This document shows positions 6,267-10,973 of a DNA stretch of 10,973 nt, in pieces. The stretch covers positions 1 to 10,973 of the forward strand of contig JBDRZD010000051.1 of assembly GCA_039803745.1 (NCBI GenBank). The letters are read 5' to 3'. A program made the position numbers and the translations under genes. Each line of letters begins with the position of its first letter. Position 1 is the first letter of the stretch. The notes under the pieces were generated by a model, which had not been told where the DNA came from, searched no databases, and saw only the letters and a list, made by a program, of their open reading frames with translations. This stretch comes from a candidate division WOR-3 bacterium (GTDB lineage: Bacteria; Hydrothermota; Hydrothermia; Hydrothermales; Hydrothermaceae).

Positions 6267-8002
6267 AACATATGCCCTATTCCAAGGTATAAAAAACCTC
6301 TTTTAAAATTAAATTTTTTTAAATTATAACCAATATCAGCCCTTAAAATTATGTTGAATATTTTTGTTCTTATTCCAATTCCTCCTGTATTTGTAAAGTT
6401 TTTAAACTTTAAATCTATTAACTTATTTTTTAAAATTCCTGAATCAAAAAAGAGCACAGGATAAAAATTCCATTTTAAATATTTAAATCTTATCTCAAAA
6501 TTACTGTTTATGAAATAATCTCCTGACCTTATCCCCCTTTCATCAATTTCCCCTATTCCAAAACGGGGAACACCCCTTACACTTCCTTCACCTCCAAGAA
6601 GAAACTTCTCTGAAAGTGGAATGGTCTCTGTTCTACCATATGGGAATGCAGAACCCGTTCTAAATCTTAAAGCAAGAAGTGAGAAATGGAAAGGAACAAA
6701 GAAAGAGAAATCAATTAAGATTTTCCTCAAATCCGCTTCTCCACCGAGAAAACTGCCGGCTTGGAGAAAATGGATCAGTGAAAATAAACCTCTATCAGGA
6801 TCCATAAAATTTATTCTATCATCAAATATAAAGGAAATTGTAAAGGAATTTAGATAAATTTTACCCTCTTCTTTCCCTTCCACTTTTTGCATGTTTAATT
6901 TAGAATTTATCTGCAAATACCTTGTAATATTTTTCAACACTCCTGCCTCACCTCCTCTTCTTAAAATCTTCTCATCCTTATCCTTATAATAAAAAATCGT
7001 TAAACTTAAAGGAAATCTAAAACCAAAGGGAAAGGGCTCGATATAACTTGTATTTATTTCAAAATGTCTTGTGAACTTTAAATTTTGAAGTAAATTTACC
7101 TCAAAAATAAATTTTCCACCATTATTGAAAATGTTTAAATGGCTGAAAGAACTTCTCAACCCTATGTCACCTTCTGATGTATATCCTGTCCCTATATTTA
7201 ATACTCTCTCCTTTCTCTCATCCATTTTAAAGGAAACATCAATAAAACTTGAATCATTTCGGGGCAATATTTCATACTCTATTTTGGTAAAAAGACCCGT
7301 AGAATAAAGATTTGAAATTGAGTTCTCAAGTTTTTCTATATTAAAAAATTCACCCTTTTTTATTTCAATCTCCCTTAAAGCAATTTCCTTTCTAACCCTT
7401 TTTAAACCGGAAATAGAAATATTATTTATCTTTGCCCTTTTCCCTTCTTTCAAATTATAAAAAATAGAAATTGAGTCTCCTAAAAGTTCAATTATCTCTC
7501 TTTCAAATTCAAAAAAGGGGAAACCCATTTTTTTATATGTTAAATATAAATCATTCTCAAATCTATAAACTGTTTCATCTTTCCATGTTAAGGGCAGTTT
7601 TGGAAAAGATATTCTATTTAAAATTTCTTTTTCTTTACCCTGAATTTCAATGTTTTTAATGATTTTTTGATTTCCTTCATGAATGTAATAATAAATAAAA
7701 TATTTATCCTGCCTGTGTAAAAACCTGTAACCTGTGATTTTCGCTTCAAGAAAACCCTGTGAATGATAAAAATCCTCAAGTTTCTGGATTCCAAGAAGAA
7801 TTTCTCCCCTTCTTATTTTTGAATTTTCTTTAAATCCAATGACCTCTTTTAGTTTCTTATCTGAAATTCTATTATTCCCTTCAAAATGAACCTCTTTAAC
7901 ATATATTCTTTCGTAGGAATAAAGAGGGAGGAAAAGAATTAATAGAGTAAATAACTTCTGTAATCTTTTATCCCTTCCTCTCTTTGAAGTTCCCTTATCC
8001 AT
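6263..8002 (-). CDS. Omp85-family (TamA/BamA-like) outer-membrane protein with 3 POTRA domains
   Basis: 579 aa. Signal-like LFTLLILFLPLYS, then three POTRA repeats (V-x2-VHFEGN...YHSQGF...IHEG; IKNIEIQG...YKKMGF...LKEG; INNISISGL...LYSTGLF...MDER). The barrel starts at LNIGTGY and contains FDDR-x4-DP-x-RG, the L6 motif GGEGSVRG and the C-terminal beta-signal LYLGIGHMF. Confidence 0.9.
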   Translation of the reverse strand: MDKGTSKRGRDKRLQKLFTLLILFLPLYSYERIYVKEVHFEGNNRISDKKLKEVIGFKENSKIRRGEILLGIQKLEDFYHSQGFLEAKITGYRFLHRQDKYFIYYYIHEGNQKIIKNIEIQGKEKEILNRISFPKLPLTWKDETVYRFENDLYLTYKKMGFPFFEFEREIIELLGDSISIFYNLKEGKRAKINNISISGLKRVRKEIALREIEIKKGEFFNIEKLENSISNLYSTGLFTKIEYEILPRNDSSFIDVSFKMDERKERVLNIGTGYTSEGDIGLRSSFSHLNIFNNGGKFIFEVNLLQNLKFTRHFEINTSYIEPFPFGFRFPLSLTIFYYKDKDEKILRRGGEAGVLKNITRYLQINSKLNMQKVEGKEEGKIYLNSFTISFIFDDRINFMDPDRGLFSLIHFLQAGSFLGGEADLRKILIDFSFFVPFHFSLLALRFRTGSAFPYGRTETIPLSEKFLLGGEGSVRGVPRFGIGEIDERGIRSGDYFINSNFEIRFKYLKWNFYPVLFFDSGILKNKLIDLKFKNFTNTGGIGIRTKIFNIILRADIGYNLKKFNFKRGFLYLGIGHMF

Positions 8003-9726
8003 GAATTCCAGATTTTATTAAAACGATTGAAACTAAAATTTTGGAAATAATTCTGCAAATTCTCCTGAATCTCCTTATCATCAGGAATTTCCTTTTTTAA
8101 TAATTTTACTATCAAAACGAGATTATTTTTGAAAAGAACGGGCTCTGAAACCTCACCTTCTTTTAAATTTTCAAGAATACCCGCAATCTTACCCTTTTCT
8201 GGAAGACCGGGAAATATTCCCTGAATATAAAAGGATTCAAATTTATTGAAAATTGCATAATTTTCATTTATCTCGGGTTTGCCCTTTGAAATCCATTCTT
8301 CTCTTATTTTTTTTGCTTCAAGAAGAATTTTCTCCTTCTTTTTTTCTATCTCAATTTTCCTCTTTATAATTTCTTTAACATCTTTAAATTCTTTTAAAAT
8401 TCCTTCTTTTTTTTCTTTAATCTTACATATAACGAAGTAATCAGGAGACCATATTAATTTACTTATATCACCGGGCTTACCTTTATTTACAAATTCTTTA
8501 ATATCTTTATTTTCACCAATATAGGGTATGAAATTAGAATTTAATGGAAAAGGTCCTGTTTCTTTAATCTCAAGTTTCAAAGAATCTGCTGCCTTTTCAA
8601 AAGGAATTTCTTTAATAAGTCTCAAAAATTCTAAAGATTTTTCCCTTAATCCTGCTTTTGTTGCATCAGATGTTTTTATTATAAAATCTATTCCTTTAAG
8701 AGAAATTTTGTCCTTTTCCCTTTTTTCTATTTTAAAAATATACAATTTGCCTTTCCAAAGAACTGGCTCAGAAACATTTTTCAATGTATCAAGAATATTC
8801 TTTATATTTTCAGGAAAATCGCTTATTTTAAATTCACCTAAAAAACCATTCGTTTTTTTGAGAGTATCAGAACTTGCATAACTTTTTACTGCATCCTCAA
8901 AAGATGTTCCACCAATTATCAAATCTCTTATACTTTTTGCCTCAAGGACTTTTGAATTTGTATCTTCACGAGAAGGTTTTTTCCATAATATAACCATAAG
9001 AAGATTAACAATACCTTCTTCTTTAAATTCCTCAGGATGTAAATTATAATAATTTAAAATTTCCTCATCCTTTATCTCTTCTTCTAAATTAAATCGGTAT
9101 GGATTTAAAAGCACATATTCAAATTGATATTCTGTTCTATTCCTTTTTAAATTATTTATTATCTCCTCTGGAATTGGGTGAATTAAAGTCATAAAATCAA
9201 ATCTCATCATCTCCTTTGGAAAAGTTTCCCTTATTAAATTTTCATATTCTAATGCAAACTGATAATTTGAGGGATTTAAAATAAACTGCCTGTATTTATT
9301 AATATCAAAGGTGTCACCACGTCTGAAAAAGGTGTCCCTGTAAATTTGAGGAGGCGGATAATTTAAAAGTAAAAATAAAACAGTTGAATCACTTAAAAAA
9401 AGATTCCTTTTCTCTATTATTTTTTTAAATCTTATTTCCTCTATCATTTTAAGCCACGCATTTCTCTCAACATTTTTTTCCTCAAACTCTGTTAATTCAC
9501 CTTTTTTCCTTGAAGAATCCTGTAACATTCTGTAAAGAATATCCCTATAAAAATCGTAAGGGATTTTGAATCCATCAACCTCTGCTATAAAACCCATCTC
9601 ATAAGGTTTTCTAATTCTTGCACCAACTATATCCATACCAAGATCAAGTAAAATCCAGCCTAAAAATGCTATTGTTACAATCCATAAGATTAATTTTGTT
9701 TTTTCTCTCAGTTTTTGCATCAGCAT
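7939..9726 (-). CDS. PpiD/SurA-N-domain membrane-anchored periplasmic chaperone (parvulin-like domain degenerate)
   Basis: 595 aa. The N-terminus MQKLREKTKLILWIVTIAFLGW, IAEVDGFKI, FDINKY and YYNLHPEEF are typical of PpiD-like proteins. Rotamase-like segments are SFEDAVKSY...GFLGEF, VSEPV and GEVSEPV, and the C-terminus is W-x2-EL-x5-IKDYR. An alternative start is the ATG at 9720. Confidence 0.85.
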   Translation of the reverse strand: MLMQKLREKTKLILWIVTIAFLGWILLDLGMDIVGARIRKPYEMGFIAEVDGFKIPYDFYRDILYRMLQDSSRKKGELTEFEEKNVERNAWLKMIEEIRFKKIIEKRNLFLSDSTVLFLLLNYPPPQIYRDTFFRRGDTFDINKYRQFILNPSNYQFALEYENLIRETFPKEMMRFDFMTLIHPIPEEIINNLKRNRTEYQFEYVLLNPYRFNLEEEIKDEEILNYYNLHPEEFKEEGIVNLLMVILWKKPSREDTNSKVLEAKSIRDLIIGGTSFEDAVKSYASSDTLKKTNGFLGEFKISDFPENIKNILDTLKNVSEPVLWKGKLYIFKIEKREKDKISLKGIDFIIKTSDATKAGLREKSLEFLRLIKEIPFEKAADSLKLEIKETGPFPLNSNFIPYIGENKDIKEFVNKGKPGDISKLIWSPDYFVICKIKEKKEGILKEFKDVKEIIKRKIEIEKKKEKILLEAKKIREEWISKGKPEINENYAIFNKFESFYIQGIFPGLPEKGKIAGILENLKEGEVSEPVLFKNNLVLIVKLLKKEIPDDKEIQENLQNYFQNFSFNRFNKIWNSWIRELQREEGIKDYRSYLLY

Positions 9727-9727
9727 T

Positions 9728-10351
9728 TTATTTTCCCCTTTTAGCCTTTAATCTTTTTAATCTAAACTTATCCTCCCTTTCCCTGTCCTCTAAAACCCTT
9801 CTTATATAAGAAATCTGCTCTTTAATCTCGGGAATTATTTTCTGTTCAAGAGCGTTAACCCTTCTTGTAGTTTTTTTAATTTCTTCCCCTATCCTTTTCA
9901 TTTTTATTTCAAGAGGCACGCCTCTAACAAGGTCATCCAGTAATTTTTCAAAATCATCAGCAGCCTCATCAATTCTTGAAGTAATACTTAAAGGAGAGTA
10001 TCCCCTTGAAATTATGCTTTTTCTTCCATCAGTGGGAATAATTTCTGGAAATTTAACACCCCACAGTTTTATCTCAGAGGCTTTTACAAAATATTCTTTT
10101 TTTGCGCTGAAAGAAGCAGACCTTACTTCCTCGGCTCCATCAACTCCAAGAGTTAAGAAAAGTGTTCTCATTGCTCTTGCTGTACTTTCTTCAAGTTCCC
10201 TCCTTTTCTTTAATATCTCAGGGAGCATTTTCATGAATTCCACAAGAAGTGCATCCTTTTTATTCTTTAAAAGTTCGGCTCCTGATTTTGCAACCTCCAC
10301 CTGTTTTTTCTTTAAAAGCAAATTCATCCTTGTTGGACTTATTTCACTCAT
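9728..10351 (-). CDS. atpD: V/A-type ATP synthase subunit D (central rotor)
   Basis: 207 aa with hallmark motifs PTRMNL, G-x2-LLK-x-K-x-DAL, WGVKFP, IGEEIKKTTRRVNALEQ-x-IIP and LEDREREDKFRLK. The symbol is the V-type atpD/ntpD, not the F-type beta subunit. Confidence 0.96.
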   Translation of the reverse strand: MSEISPTRMNLLLKKKQVEVAKSGAELLKNKKDALLVEFMKMLPEILKKRRELEESTARAMRTLFLTLGVDGAEEVRSASFSAKKEYFVKASEIKLWGVKFPEIIPTDGRKSIISRGYSPLSITSRIDEAADDFEKLLDDLVRGVPLEIKMKRIGEEIKKTTRRVNALEQKIIPEIKEQISYIRRVLEDREREDKFRLKRLKAKRGK

Positions 10352-10360
10352 AAGAAATAA

Positions 10361-10390
10361 ATTTTAAAATAAAACAAAGCTAAAAATCAA
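10361..10390 (-). promoter_or_regulatory. Putative sigma70 promoter for atpD (TTGATT-N18-TAAAAT), near-leaderless
   Basis: Read on the minus strand, the 39-nt intergenic region is TTGATT TTTAGCTTTGTTTTATTT TAAAAT TTATTTCTT ATG. It has no purine-rich SD. Confidence 0.45.
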
Positions 10391-10825
10391 TTATTTTTTT
10401 TCTGTCTTTTCTTTCTCCTCCCTCATTTTCTCCTGTTCAATTATATTTAATATAAAAGTGAGTTCTTTTGTTAGATCAAGTTTCCATTCATTTCCAACTT
10501 TTATAAGAGAAATATTTGCCTGCCTATTCTGATGCTCAATTGTCAAAAATGCCCTATCTTTTTCTATTTTCTCTTTTATTACTTTTGGCTCTTCCTGAAC
10601 CCCTGCTTGAATTATTTGCTCATACCAGGGGATTTGGCTACCTTGTGCTTCGTCAAGTTTTGAGAAAAGAATTTGGGTTTCTTCAGTATAACAATTTTTT
10701 AAAGCATTTATATCGCTTTTCTTTATCGCATTATTTATTTTTCTGAATATATCCCTTGGTCTTTCTTTCGCACATGTAAAAAAGAAAAAAATAAAAAATA
10801 TTATTATATATTTAAAATTTTTCAT
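10391..10825 (-). CDS. Putative lipoprotein, NTF2-like/DUF4878-like fold
   Basis: Short basic N-terminus, hydrophobic stretch and Cys (MKNFKYIIIFFIFFFFTC). The pattern P-x9-AIKKSD-x3-L-x3-Y ... KVIKEKIEKDRAFLTI ... ISLIKVGNEWKL is typical of NTF2-like lipoproteins. The ATG at 10825 is preferred over the GTG at 10828 because the SD lies at 10829-10835. Confidence 0.65.
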   Translation of the reverse strand: MKNFKYIIIFFIFFFFTCAKERPRDIFRKINNAIKKSDINALKNCYTEETQILFSKLDEAQGSQIPWYEQIIQAGVQEEPKVIKEKIEKDRAFLTIEHQNRQANISLIKVGNEWKLDLTKELTFILNIIEQEKMREEKEKTEKK

Positions 10826-10828
10826 CAC

Positions 10829-10835
10829 ACCTCCT
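10829..10835 (-). promoter_or_regulatory. Shine-Dalgarno site for the lipoprotein gene
   Basis: Minus strand reads AGGAGGT GTG ATG. Confidence 0.75.
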
Positions 10836-10848
10836 AAAAATTTTTATT

Positions 10849-10877
10849 ATTATAAAGAAAGAAAAAACAATTTACAA
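10849..10877 (-). promoter_or_regulatory. Putative sigma70 promoter (TTGTAA-N17-TATAAT)
   Basis: On the minus strand, -35 TTGTAA (10877-10872), a 17-nt spacer and a perfect -10 TATAAT (10854-10849) lie 13 nt upstream of the SD. Confidence 0.65.
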
Positions 10878-10880
10878 AAC

Positions 10881-10973
10881 TTATTCAATTTTTAATTCCT
10901 TTAATTTTTTATAAAGGGTCTTTCTTGAAATTTTTAAAATTTTTGCCGTTTTCTTTTTATCACCATTTGTCTC
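10881..10973 (-). CDS. 3' end (partial) of a Fis-type HTH protein, probably a sigma54-dependent NtrC-family transcriptional regulator
   Basis: Manual translation of the minus strand from 10973 gives ETNGDKKKTAKILKISRKTLYKKLKELKIE*, matching the HTH_8 pattern (xxGNxxxAAxxLGISRxTLYxKLK). It is absent from the ORF track because it is truncated by the window edge. Confidence 0.85.
   Translation of the reverse strand, partial: ETNGDKKKTAKILKISRKTLYKKLKELKIE

Noticed and set aside
9728..10351. Somewhat higher GC in atpD (21-23 G+C per 60 nt in three lines counted) as a sign of recent transfer
   Set aside because: Parts of omp85 are as GC-rich or more so. There are no flanking repeats or mobility genes, and Ala/Arg/Gly content can explain it.
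6621..10746. Plus-strand ORFs at 6621-6857, 7125-7307, 7471-7659, 8528-8881, 9618-9809, 10014-10367 and 10516-10746
   Set aside because: These are antisense shadows of omp85, ppiD, atpD and the lipoprotein gene, with no recognisable domains.
10836..10880. Sigma54 (-24/-12) promoter or intrinsic terminator downstream of the HTH regulator
   Set aside because: There is no TGGCAC-N5-TTGC-like motif and no GC-rich hairpin. The region fits a sigma70 promoter.
1..10973. CRISPR array, tRNA/rRNA, riboswitch, IS element or defence system
   Set aside because: The window is almost entirely protein-coding and the largest gap is about 55 nt. I saw no spaced direct repeats, terminal inverted repeats, or transposase or nuclease motifs.

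Overview
Very AT-rich, almost gap-free bacterial chromosomal window from a diderm, since it encodes LpxH, an Omp85 protein, an AsmA-like protein and PpiD. The K/E/I/F-rich proteins suggest a thermophile, possibly WOR-3/FCB-like; this is inference only. Two gene strings converge and share one TTAA stop tetranucleotide at 6263-6266. The plus strand carries a short SpsL/RmlC-like cupin, an RmlB dTDP-glucose 4,6-dehydratase with an unusual ~70-aa insertion, a UPF0104 flippase-like membrane protein, an AsmA-like protein, LpxH and SppA (36K type). The minus strand carries the 3' end of a Fis-HTH (probably sigma54/NtrC-type) regulator missed by the ORF track, an NTF2-like lipoprotein, a lone V/A-type ATPase subunit D, a PpiD/SurA-like chaperone and a 3-POTRA TamA/BamA-like Omp85 protein. 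I found no RNA genes, CRISPR arrays or mobile elements. This is mostly envelope housekeeping. The main oddities are the orphan ATPase subunit D, the RmlB insertion, the flippase-AsmA-LpxH string facing a TamB-less TamA-like gene (possible lipid-transfer module), and two apparently leaderless transcripts.
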